Shown here: positions 17,163 to 24,815 of the stretch, one piece after another
Layout of the letters: each line of letters opens with the position of its first letter
Position numbering within the stretch: position 1 is the first letter of the stretch
Assembly (NCBI GenBank): GCA_030684415.1
Contig: JAUXNL010000009.1
Location: 1 to 48,290, forward strand
Direction of reading: 5' to 3'
Source of the DNA: Moraxellaceae bacterium
GTDB taxonomy: Bacteria; Pseudomonadota; Gammaproteobacteria; Pseudomonadales; Moraxellaceae
DNA: 48,290 nucleotides
The notes under the pieces: generated by a model
Database searches by the model: none
The model's input: only the letters and a program-made list of their open reading frames with translations
Told to the model about the DNA's origin: nothing
Made by a program: the position numbers and the translations under genes

Positions 17163-19679
17163 TTGGCGACCTCCCAAGAATTGATCCTCCGCCTCAGCGA
17201 CATTCGGACCACCGCGGGCAATGAGGCCGATGTCCGCTTCAAAGTCATCGACGATGTCCTCACTCATCTTCTTGGATGGGAGAAAACCGACTTCGAGCAT
17301 GAGGAACGGGTGTCGGAGGACGGGAAGGACTTCTTCCTCGACTATCTCATCACCACTGCACAGACCTCACTTCTTGTGGAGGCGAAGCGTCTCCAGATCG
17401 ATTTCTCCCGAGTGCCAACAGGCCGCGCTCCGCTCAAGGGCTCCTGGCTGAAGGGCGACCTTAAGAAAGCGGTCAACCAAGCGCGAGACTATGGCCGTAA
17501 ACGAGGGGTGGGCTTTTGCGCGGTCACCAACGGTGACGCGTGGATCATCTTCCCGATCAACCGGCGGGATCTGGTTAGTTTTGAGGATACCTATGCAATC
17601 GCGTTCTCAGACGCCGGGATCGCGCTTGAGACTGATTTCGATGACTTTAAGTCGCTGCTTTCCCGGGAAGCTGTAATCGACGGCAGCCTCGAACAAGCCC
17701 TGCTCGGAGGCGACAGCAATCAAACGGACAACCGGCGCCTCAATCGAATCTATGATAGCTCCTTCTCGAAAATCAATCGGACCACGATGTTCTCCTCAAT
17801 CGAGGATGAGATCGTCACGGCCTTTGCAGAGGAGCTGGTGGCGAAGAACCCCGAGCTTCTCCAAAAGGCGTATGTAGAAACCGCTGACCGCATCAAGTTC
17901 GATGAGCGGGTCAAGATGGCCGTGCTACGCCGGGAGCAGGTAATCAACACGCGCCCCATGCGGCCTGTGGGGCGCACCGGCGTAACTCCCGCAGCAGCAA
18001 GGGTCATCAGTACCCAAGTAAAAAATCAATCTGTCGCCCTACTGACCCTGGGGCTTGTCGGTGCGGGAAAGACAACGTTCCTGAACTACGTCGCCAACGT
18101 CAGCGGCAACAGATATTTCGATCAAGAGAAACCGAAACCAAGTGCGCACTGGCTCTATATCGATTTTCGATCCTACTCGAAATCGGTAAGCCCTCGGGAC
18201 TTCATCTACGAGGCTCTGTTTGAGTACATCGGAGATAACCCCACGCTGGGTGATTACGAGAAGACAATCAAAAATGCCTATGAGGGCGAAATCGCCGCGC
18301 TTACTCGCGGGCCTCTCGCCGTGATGAAGGGAAATCAGCAAGCGATTGATGCCAAGATTGCTGAGCTGCTCCTGAAGGAATACGAGGAGAAGGTGCCCTA
18401 TGTGCGCCGTATCCTCTCCCATGCATCGAAAACTACGCCGCTCTTCCTGGTTATCGACAACGTCGACCAGATTGAAGAAGGCAGCATCCAAGAGGGCATT
18501 TTCCTTGAGGCGATTGCTGTTGCGAGGGAGGGTGGCCTCAACCTCGTGCTTGCCATGCGGGACGCCACCTACGTCAAGAACCGTTCGTCCGCTGTCTTCG
18601 ACGCCTTCACCTTCGACGCGATCTACATTGATCCGCCTCACATTCAGTCGGTGCTGTCGAAACGCTTTGCGATTGCTGAGCATCTCCTCAGAGGAAAGTC
18701 GTTCGACCTCGTAACTGACGGGGGGGCGAAGGTTACGATTACAGACGCTTCGCGGGTTGTGCAGATGCTCAGCGCTAGCGTTTTGGGCACTGAAGTCGGA
18801 AATTTGATCGAGGTGTCAGCGACCGGGGACGTCCGCCTTGCGTTGCAGATGACGAAACAGTTTCTCCAGTTTGGATATTCCACTTCTTACCGGGCGTTCC
18901 AGGCGTTCGAGCGCACCGGCACCTATCGCTTCCCGATCCATGAGGCCGTGAGGGCAATCATGTTCGGCAACCAATCGATCTATCGGGACGAGTTCTCGCC
19001 CTTCCTCAACCCCTTTGACGCGAAGACCGGGCGGTCAGAAAGCCAGTTCCTCCGCCTTTACATCATGAGCGCATTGGTTAGTGCCGCTTCGACGAAGACC
19101 TTTCAGGGCTTGGAGGCTGGAGAGATTGTCTCGAGCCTTGAAAAAATGGGGTTCAGCCAACGGATCACCAATAAAGTGATTGCCGACCTAATCGCGGGGC
19201 GGTTGTGCTTCTCGCGTTCTCACCAAGAATACACTTTGGAGAGTGTTCTGGTCCCCAGTCGCCTGTGCGGTTACATCGTTCGCGACCTGATTGGAAAGAT
19301 GATATTCCTAGAGAACGCCCTATTCGATACGTTCATTTATGATGATATCGTCTGGGATTCGATCAAGAAAAAGATGAAGACTGTGTATAGAGATACCAAT
19401 CCGGTATCAAAGTTCAAATTGCGTAAAGAGATTGCTTCCTTGTTTTTTGACTGGGTGGAGCAAGAAGCGCAGAAGCTTTGCGTTGAAGCGGCAAAGCGGA
19501 ACTTGGGCCCATTCTGGACAAGCAACCCGATTTCGCGCCTCCGCGTTGATTTCAACGCCGAGCTTGAGAGAGCTCTTCGTTCGGCGGTTGCGAACTACGG
19601 TACGGATCGGGAGAAGGAACTTATGGGGCTGCCGCTGTTCCGTGACCCACATTATACGGCGAAGCGGGCTGGCAAGTGA
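17163..19679 (+). CDS. HsdR_N/Mrr-like restriction-endonuclease-fold domain fused to a P-loop (STAND/AAA-like) NTPase with an unknown C-terminal region
   Basis: N-terminus: FFLDYLITTAQTSLLVEAKR (D...E-x-K) then FCAVTNGDAWIIF, the pattern of type I HsdR N-terminal nuclease domains. Walker A LGLVGAGKTTF (Lys302). Walker B PLFLVIDNVDQ (aa 426-436). LVLAMRD sensor-like strand. TTG start; no upstream in-frame ATG. Confidence 0.8.
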   Translation: MATSQELILRLSDIRTTAGNEADVRFKVIDDVLTHLLGWEKTDFEHEERVSEDGKDFFLDYLITTAQTSLLVEAKRLQIDFSRVPTGRAPLKGSWLKGDLKKAVNQARDYGRKRGVGFCAVTNGDAWIIFPINRRDLVSFEDTYAIAFSDAGIALETDFDDFKSLLSREAVIDGSLEQALLGGDSNQTDNRRLNRIYDSSFSKINRTTMFSSIEDEIVTAFAEELVAKNPELLQKAYVETADRIKFDERVKMAVLRREQVINTRPMRPVGRTGVTPAAARVISTQVKNQSVALLTLGLVGAGKTTFLNYVANVSGNRYFDQEKPKPSAHWLYIDFRSYSKSVSPRDFIYEALFEYIGDNPTLGDYEKTIKNAYEGEIAALTRGPLAVMKGNQQAIDAKIAELLLKEYEEKVPYVRRILSHASKTTPLFLVIDNVDQIEEGSIQEGIFLEAIAVAREGGLNLVLAMRDATYVKNRSSAVFDAFTFDAIYIDPPHIQSVLSKRFAIAEHLLRGKSFDLVTDGGAKVTITDASRVVQMLSASVLGTEVGNLIEVSATGDVRLALQMTKQFLQFGYSTSYRAFQAFERTGTYRFPIHEAVRAIMFGNQSIYRDEFSPFLNPFDAKTGRSESQFLRLYIMSALVSAASTKTFQGLEAGEIVSSLEKMGFSQRITNKVIADLIAGRLCFSRSHQEYTLESVLVPSRLCGYIVRDLIGKMIFLENALFDTFIYDDIVWDSIKKKMKTVYRDTNPVSKFKLRKEIASLFFDWVEQEAQKLCVEAAKRNLGPFWTSNPISRLRVDFNAELERALRSAVANYGTDREKELMGLPLFRDPHYTAKRAGK

Positions 19680-21404
19680 CCCCATGACCGCAGCGACAGC
19701 AAAGACCGCAGCCTAAGTACAGGATTTTGCTTCAGGGGGGGTGCCCGGCTCCGAACGTAGGCGGCTGCAGTAGCCCTTCTGCTAAGCTCGGAAAAGCTGC
19801 TAGCCGCCAAGTCACGAAAGTCCGCTTCTGATGCCGTGGACGGCTCCCCATCACTCGCCGCAGCATAGGGCTCGGCAAAGATGGAGGTGCGCCATGGAAG
19901 GAGTGGTCACGGTGGGATTGGACATCGCCAAGTCGGTGTTTCAGGTCCACGGAGTCGATGCGGCCGGACAAGTGGTCGTGCAGCGCAAGCTTACGCGAGC
20001 GAAGCTGATCCCGTTCTTCGAGAAGCTGCCGCCTTGCCTGGTAGGGATCGAAGCCTGCGCCACGGCGCATCACTGGGGGCGTCGGCTAACCGAGCTGGGC
20101 CACCAGGTGAAGCTGATGCCGCCCTCGTACGTGAAGCCGTACCTGAAGCGGCAGAAGAACGACGCGGCCGATGCGGAGGCGATCTGTGAGGCCGTGACCC
20201 GGCCGACCATGCGCTTTGTCGAGGTGAAGGGCCCCGAGCAGCAGAGCGTTCTTGTGATCCATCGGACCCGGATGACCTTGATGCGACACAGGATCGAGCT
20301 GTCCAACACGATCAGGGCGCATATGGCCGAGTTTGGTCTGGTGGCGCCGATCGGTCGGATCGGGCTGCAGGGCCTGGTCGGGATCATCCGCGACGCGGCC
20401 GACGAGCGTGTGCCGGAGCACGCCAGGATCTGCCTGAAGCTGCTGGCCGACCAACTGGATCTGGTCAACCGCCAGGCGCTCGAGACCGACCGGCTAATCC
20501 TGGCGAGCGCTCGCGCGACTGAAGTTGGCCGCCGGCTGATGGCCGTACCCGGCGTCGGACCGGTGTTGGCCAGCGCGATGGTCGCCAGCGTGCCCGATCC
20601 TCATGCCTTCCGATCTGGCCGCAACCTTTCGGCCTGGATCGGCCTCGTACCTAAACAGAACTCGAGCGGCGGTAAGGAGCGGCTCGGCGGCATCACCAAA
20701 CAGGGCAACAGATACCTGCGCCAGTTGCTTGTTGTCGGCGCGCTCGCCGTCATCCGCTACGCCGAACGACACGGGTCGAGGCGACCCTGGCTCGTGCAGC
20801 TGATGGCGCGGCGAACCACGAAGGTCGCGGCGGTGGCGCTCGCCAACAAGACCGCCCGGATGATGTGGGCCATCATGACCAGCGGCCAGGCTTATCGAGA
20901 GCCGGAGTTGCGGACCGCGTAGAAAGATCCGGCGCCGCTGCGCCGGCCAGGTTTGGGAAGGGCGACGAAGGAGTGATGTGATCCGGTCGAACCGGGAAGC
21001 GGGAAAACCCAGCGCGCCAGAGGGCCTTGAGCCCGTGCTTTTGGTCGGGACCCAGCTTCGCGGAGGGCATCATGGCCAGCGGCCCATGCGCCGCACCAAC
21101 AGGTCGAAGACATGGCCGCACCGACCAGCTGTCACAGAACTCTCAGATCAACCTTGCCAACGGGGAGCCGTCCAGACATGGCGCACAGTGGCTTGCCTTG
21201 ATCACCTCGAAGGCAGCTACCCAGAGGGAAACGGCATTCTGCCAGACTTGGTGAGACCGCCCGATTGTAGAGGGCCGAATTGCCGAGCGGAGGGAATAAC
21301 CCCCGGCGGGGCCACCAGGCCACTTTGCCGGAGCGGCCTTCATCAGATGGGCTGGAATGTCACCACCGGCCAGGGCGTTATATTGTTGAATTTATTGAAG
21401 AAGG
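19680..21404 (+). mobile_element. IS110/IS1111-family insertion sequence (ends not defined)
   Basis: A DEDD-type transposase gene is flanked by 214 nt (5') and about 480 nt (3') of non-coding DNA. This family lacks conspicuous terminal inverted repeats, so the ends cannot be set by eye. Confidence 0.6.
19894..20922 (+). CDS. IS110-family transposase (closest in pattern to the IS1111 subgroup)
   Basis: MEGVVTVGLDIAKSVFQVHGVD... (DEDD N-terminal domain). LVGIEACATAHHW. KRQKNDAADAEAICEAVTRPTMRFV. C-terminal Transposase_20-like PGVGPVLASAMVA...LVPKQNSSGGKERLGGITKQGNRYLR. Confidence 0.92.
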   Translation: MEGVVTVGLDIAKSVFQVHGVDAAGQVVVQRKLTRAKLIPFFEKLPPCLVGIEACATAHHWGRRLTELGHQVKLMPPSYVKPYLKRQKNDAADAEAICEAVTRPTMRFVEVKGPEQQSVLVIHRTRMTLMRHRIELSNTIRAHMAEFGLVAPIGRIGLQGLVGIIRDAADERVPEHARICLKLLADQLDLVNRQALETDRLILASARATEVGRRLMAVPGVGPVLASAMVASVPDPHAFRSGRNLSAWIGLVPKQNSSGGKERLGGITKQGNRYLRQLLVVGALAVIRYAERHGSRRPWLVQLMARRTTKVAAVALANKTARMMWAIMTSGQAYREPELRTA

Positions 21405-21480
21405 TGGTGCCGCTTAGGTGACTCGAACACCTGACCCCATCATTACGAATGATGTGCTCTACCAGCTGAGCTAAAGCGGC
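21405..21480 (-). tRNA. tRNA-Thr (anticodon CGU), intact with encoded CCA
   Basis: The reverse complement folds as a perfect cloverleaf: GCCGCTT TA GCTC AGCTGGT AGAGC A CATCA TTCGTAA TGATG GGGTC AGGTG TTCGAGT CACCT AAGCGGC ACCA. Confidence 0.93.
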
Positions 21481-21483
21481 CTC

Positions 21484-21505
21484 TTACCCTACTATTACCC
21501 TACTA
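21484..21505. repeat. Perfect 11-bp tandem duplication TTACCCTACTA x2
   Basis: 21484-21494 and 21495-21505 are identical. This is an AT-rich block between the intact tRNA-Thr and the tRNA half-copy. Confidence 0.7.
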
Positions 21506-21560
21506 ATTCAACCGTCTCCGGCCCAACCAGTTGTGAACACACAGCAATTTCGCGGAAGAC

Positions 21561-21604
21561 CGCTAATTACGAATGCGGTGCTCTACCGGCTGAGCTAAAG
21601 CGGC
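21561..21604 (-). pseudogene. 5' half-copy of tRNA-Thr(CGU): acceptor 5' strand, D-arm, anticodon stem 5' strand and loop only
   Basis: The reverse complement GCCGCTTTAGCTCAGCCGGTAGAGCACCGCATTCGTAATTAGCGG matches the intact gene through the anticodon loop with 3 substitutions. Homology then ends: there is no T-arm and no 3' acceptor strand. Confidence 0.75.
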
Positions 21605-21635
21605 CCTTTGTGAGAAGGCGTCCCGGAAGGGAGGC

Positions 21636-23162
21636 CTATTTAGCGGGGCGGGCAGCGCTTGCCAAGCGTCGACGTCGCGGAGTCGGCGGGCGCGGCGCCG
21701 GGTCGTCGGCGGGCGGTCTCGGACTGTCGGGCACGCCGGGGTCGTCCGGGATCGGCATCACGGCCGCGTCGCCCTCCGCGGCGCGCACGAACGGCGTCGA
21801 TTCGATGTAGGCGGCCGGCAGTTCGGGCAGGTCGCTGAGCCCGCGCTCGCGGCGCTCGAAGCGTGGATGGATCAGCTCGCCGGTCTCGCCATAGGTCGCC
21901 ACCAGCCGGGTCCAGTCCTCGGGACGGTAGGCGAAGGCGCGGCCCTCGGGATCGAGGTCGGACCAGTCCGGCTCCTGCGGCGCGGCGCCGCCCCGGGCGA
22001 TCCAGGCCCGGGCCTCGTCGACGGCGCCTGCGGCATTGGCGGCGCGGGCCTGCAGCCCGGCCAGCCGCTGGGTCAGGGGCTCGGCCTCGAGCGTGCGGGC
22101 CGCCTCGCGGGCGACGCCTACCTCGCCGGCGATCAGCGCCTGCTCGACCTTGAGGATGCGGCTCTCGCGCGCCTCGGCGTTGAGCGCCGCCAGGCCAGCC
22201 AGCCGCTTGGCGCGCTCGCGCGGGGTCTCGTCGGTGCGCAGGTCGCGATAGGCCAGCCACAGGGCCGGATGCGGCCGGCCCTTCCAGGCGCCCTCGATCA
22301 GCCCGGCGGCCCGGGTGGCCTTGCCGTCGGCGACCAGCAGCCGGGCGGCCATCACGACACCGGGGGCGAAATCGGGTTTCAGCTTCGCCGACTGCAGCGC
22401 GAAATCGAGGGCCTGGGCCCGGAGCCGCTCCTGCGGGTCGGACTCGAAGCTGGCGGCGGAGGCGGCGAGCAGGGCGGCGCGGGTGCGGTCGGCGACGATC
22501 GGCGAGACGATCTTGCGCTCCTGGGCCCCGGTGACGAGGTCCAGAGCCGCGGCCCAGTCACCCGCTTCCAGTCGCGCCTCAAGCAGGGCGCGCCAGGCCC
22601 AGCGCGCCGTCTTGGCCAGACCATAGGCGCTCTGGGCGTGGCGGATGGCGGCGGCGCGATCGCCCTCGGTCTGGGCGGCCTGCATCAGGCCCTTGAGGCC
22701 GGCCAGCCGCATGTCCGGAAAGCCGAGCATGGCGGAGTAGGCGGCCTTGGCGGCGGGCAGGTCGCCGGCCGCCTCCGCCGCCTGCGCGGCCAGCACCCGG
22801 ACCAGGGCCGGGGCGTCATCGGCCAGTTCGGCGGACTTCTGCGCCAGGCGGCGCGCCTCCGAACCATCCCCTGCGGCGGCGGCGAGGAACCCCCGCGCCA
22901 GCGCCTCCTGCCCCTGTTTGCGACGCGACTCGACGCGAGCCCGGGCGGCGCGTTGCGGCGCCTCGAGAATCCACTTCAGGACATTCCAGAAGATCGTCGC
23001 CAGCAGCGACACGAACAGCACCAGCAGCGCGGCGCCGGCGGCGGTCATGTCAACCTGCCAGCCGAACCACAGCAGTCGGGCCGAGCCGGCGTCGCCGCCC
23101 AGCGCCAGGGTCGCGACGGCGAAGGCCGCGACGAGGAAGAGGACCGTGGCGACCCGGATCAT
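21636..23162 (-). CDS. HemY-like TPR membrane protein (heme biosynthesis HemY N-terminal domain family)
   Basis: Starts MIRVATVLFLVAAFAVATLALG with two N-terminal TM segments, followed by Ala-rich TPR-like repeats. The ATG at 23162 overlaps the upstream stop (ATGA). Positioned after hemC, hemD and the Mic60-like gene. Confidence 0.8.
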   Translation of the reverse strand: MIRVATVLFLVAAFAVATLALGGDAGSARLLWFGWQVDMTAAGAALLVLFVSLLATIFWNVLKWILEAPQRAARARVESRRKQGQEALARGFLAAAAGDGSEARRLAQKSAELADDAPALVRVLAAQAAEAAGDLPAAKAAYSAMLGFPDMRLAGLKGLMQAAQTEGDRAAAIRHAQSAYGLAKTARWAWRALLEARLEAGDWAAALDLVTGAQERKIVSPIVADRTRAALLAASAASFESDPQERLRAQALDFALQSAKLKPDFAPGVVMAARLLVADGKATRAAGLIEGAWKGRPHPALWLAYRDLRTDETPRERAKRLAGLAALNAEARESRILKVEQALIAGEVGVAREAARTLEAEPLTQRLAGLQARAANAAGAVDEARAWIARGGAAPQEPDWSDLDPEGRAFAYRPEDWTRLVATYGETGELIHPRFERRERGLSDLPELPAAYIESTPFVRAAEGDAAVMPIPDDPGVPDSPRPPADDPAPRPPTPRRRRLASAARPAK

Positions 23163-24031
23163 GGCTGCTCCCGGCTGACGTCCACCAGGTCGCTGATGGC
23201 GCGGGAACGGACCGCCGCCACCTGGCGGTCGACGGCGACACGCTGCAGCGCGCGGGACTGCCAGGGCGCCATGGCTTGCGCCGCCGTCGGCGGCAGGTCG
23301 CGCAGCAGGGTCAGGGCGCCGGCGATGTCGCCCTCGGCCACGGCCGCGTCGGCCCGCGCCAGAACGGCGTCGGGCGCGTCGCCCGTGGTCGTTCCCACCT
23401 GCCGGATGGTGACGATGGAGGACAGGGCGTGCCGCAGCCTCGCCAGGAAACCGCCCGCCTCGCCCGGATCGCGGGCGGCGATGGAGGCCTTGGCGGCGGC
23501 AGTGTCGAACTCGGCGGCCAGAGCCGCCCGGCTGGGCGCGCCGCCCTCGGCGAACGGTTTCAGGGCGCGAACCTCGGCCGACAGCGGCATCAGCCGCTCC
23601 AGCGCCGCCAACTCGGCGTCGAAGGGACCAGAGCCTTGCGTCGCCTCGGCCAGCGAGGCGGCGGCGAGGGCGGCCGCGGCGGCGTTGACCGTGCGGGTCT
23701 GGCCCGCCTCCAGCGCGGCGACCCGCGCCTGCAGGGCGGTGATCTCGGCGGACGGTTCGAGCGGAGCGGACTCGTCCGGCGGCGGCGGCGCGGCGGGACG
23801 GGTCAGGCCCAGGTCGGGCAACGCCAGGACCGGCTGAACGCCGGACGCGGGATCGGCGGGCGCGGCGCCCGATATCCTCGGCCACAACCGGGCGCCGGCG
23901 ACGCCGACGGCGAAAACCACCACGACCAGCGCCAGCACCGCCCAGAAGGCGACGCCGAAGGCGCGGCGGCGGCCATAGCGGGCCGGGTCGGTCGGCGGGG
24001 TCAGCTCGGCGGGATCCGGCGCGGTGGTCAT
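23159..24031 (-). CDS. Membrane-anchored mitofilin/Mic60-like protein (COG4223-type)
   Basis: One N-terminal TM (FGVAFWAVLALVVVVFAVGVAG), an Ala-rich coiled region, and a C-terminal segment LARLRHALSSIVTIRQVG...ALTLLRDLP...APW resembling the mitofilin C-terminal domain. Syntenic with hemC/hemD. Confidence 0.65.
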   Translation of the reverse strand: MTTAPDPAELTPPTDPARYGRRRAFGVAFWAVLALVVVVFAVGVAGARLWPRISGAAPADPASGVQPVLALPDLGLTRPAAPPPPDESAPLEPSAEITALQARVAALEAGQTRTVNAAAAALAAASLAEATQGSGPFDAELAALERLMPLSAEVRALKPFAEGGAPSRAALAAEFDTAAAKASIAARDPGEAGGFLARLRHALSSIVTIRQVGTTTGDAPDAVLARADAAVAEGDIAGALTLLRDLPPTAAQAMAPWQSRALQRVAVDRQVAAVRSRAISDLVDVSREQP

Positions 24032-24783
24032 GGTCTGGTTTTCACAGCCCCCTTGGCGGTGGTCGGAGCGATTCCGGACCGGCCTCTGGCGATCAGATTA
24101 AGCAGCGCCGCCTCGATCGGAAACGGCGCACTGACGACTTCACGCACTTTCGCACGCGCCAGCGGTTTGGCCACGGCCGGCGACTGGCACAATAGCCGCA
24201 GATGAGCAGTGTCTCGCTTGCGCAGCGCCAGGCTCAGCGCCTTCGCCGCCCGGGGGGACTGGACCAGCACCACGTCGATGTCGGCGAGGCCATCAAGGAA
24301 GGCCGGGTCCGGCGCCGCCTCGACCGAATCATAGAGGGTGAGTCCCCTCGCCACGATGCCGGCGGCGGTCAGGTCGCCGACCAGATCGCCGGCCGGTTCG
24401 GCCGCGCCGGGGTGGAGCACGGCGCCGCCGCCGAGTTCCAGCTTGCGGGCCGCGATGCGCTGGGCCAGCGCGGCCACGTCGCCGTCGGCCGACAGCACGT
24501 CGCGAAAGCCGGCCGCCTTGACCGCCGCGGCGGTGCCGGCTCCGACCGCGAACACCTTCAGCGTCCGAGAGGGTTCAGCCGCGGCGAAGGCGCGGACGCC
24601 GTTGGCGCTGGTGAAGGCCAGGGCCGCCACGCCGTGCAGGTCGATCTGAGGCGACTCGACCGGCTCGATGCGCAGCAGCGGCGCGACCAGCGGCGTATGG
24701 CCCAGCGCGGCGACGCGCTGCGCCGTCGCCGAGGCCCCCGGCTCGGCGCGCGTGATCCAGACCCTCTGAGCCGCTGAAGACAT
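24028..24783 (-). CDS. hemD: Uroporphyrinogen-III synthase
   Basis: Position directly after hemC, size (251 aa from the ATG at 24783) and pattern VWITRAEPGA...LGHTPLVAPLL are typical of HemD. The stop overlaps the next start (ATGA). Confidence 0.8.
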   Translation of the reverse strand: MSSAAQRVWITRAEPGASATAQRVAALGHTPLVAPLLRIEPVESPQIDLHGVAALAFTSANGVRAFAAAEPSRTLKVFAVGAGTAAAVKAAGFRDVLSADGDVAALAQRIAARKLELGGGAVLHPGAAEPAGDLVGDLTAAGIVARGLTLYDSVEAAPDPAFLDGLADIDVVLVQSPRAAKALSLALRKRDTAHLRLLCQSPAVAKPLARAKVREVVSAPFPIEAALLNLIARGRSGIAPTTAKGAVKTRP

Positions 24784-24815
24784 GGCGCGCACCCTGCTAC
24801 CGGCGGCAGCCGGGA

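Larger units (their letters stand above)
3330..21404. mobile_element. Integrative genomic island (integrase, AlpA-like, prim-pol/helicase plus cargo) abutting tRNA-Thr; boundaries approximate
   Basis: Contains an integrase, an excisionase-like HTH protein and a primase-helicase backbone. It is visibly lower in GC than the region beyond 21.6 kb. The right end coincides with the 3' end of tRNA-Thr. No left-end direct repeat was found by eye. Confidence 0.45.

Noticed and set aside
16754-17263. 169-aa minus-strand ORF bridging the caspase and NTPase genes
   Set aside because: It is antisense to both well-supported genes at its ends, has no motifs, and would occupy their intergenic region only partially.
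20978-21421. 147-aa ORF downstream of the IS110 transposase
   Set aside because: It runs into the tRNA-Thr gene, has no motifs, and competes with several overlapping ORFs of similar length. I also checked this stretch for integrase remnants next to the tRNA and saw none.
21541-21606. Second tRNA-Thr as a functional gene
   Set aside because: Only the 5' half is present. The anticodon stem 3' strand, T-arm and acceptor 3' strand cannot be formed.
21867-23837. 656-aa plus-strand ORF, plus other long ORFs, antisense to the hemY-like and Mic60-like genes
   Set aside because: Arg/Gly/Pro/Ala-rich low-complexity translation with no motifs. It lies opposite well-supported genes. This is a typical stop-codon-poor artefact of ~70% GC DNA.
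23163-23885. N-terminal 241-aa extension of the 749-aa ORF containing the HemY-like protein
   Set aside because: The extension is Arg/Gly/Pro-rich and overlaps the Mic60-like gene in another frame. A clean ATG at 23162 with ATGA coupling begins the membrane-anchored HemY-like sequence.
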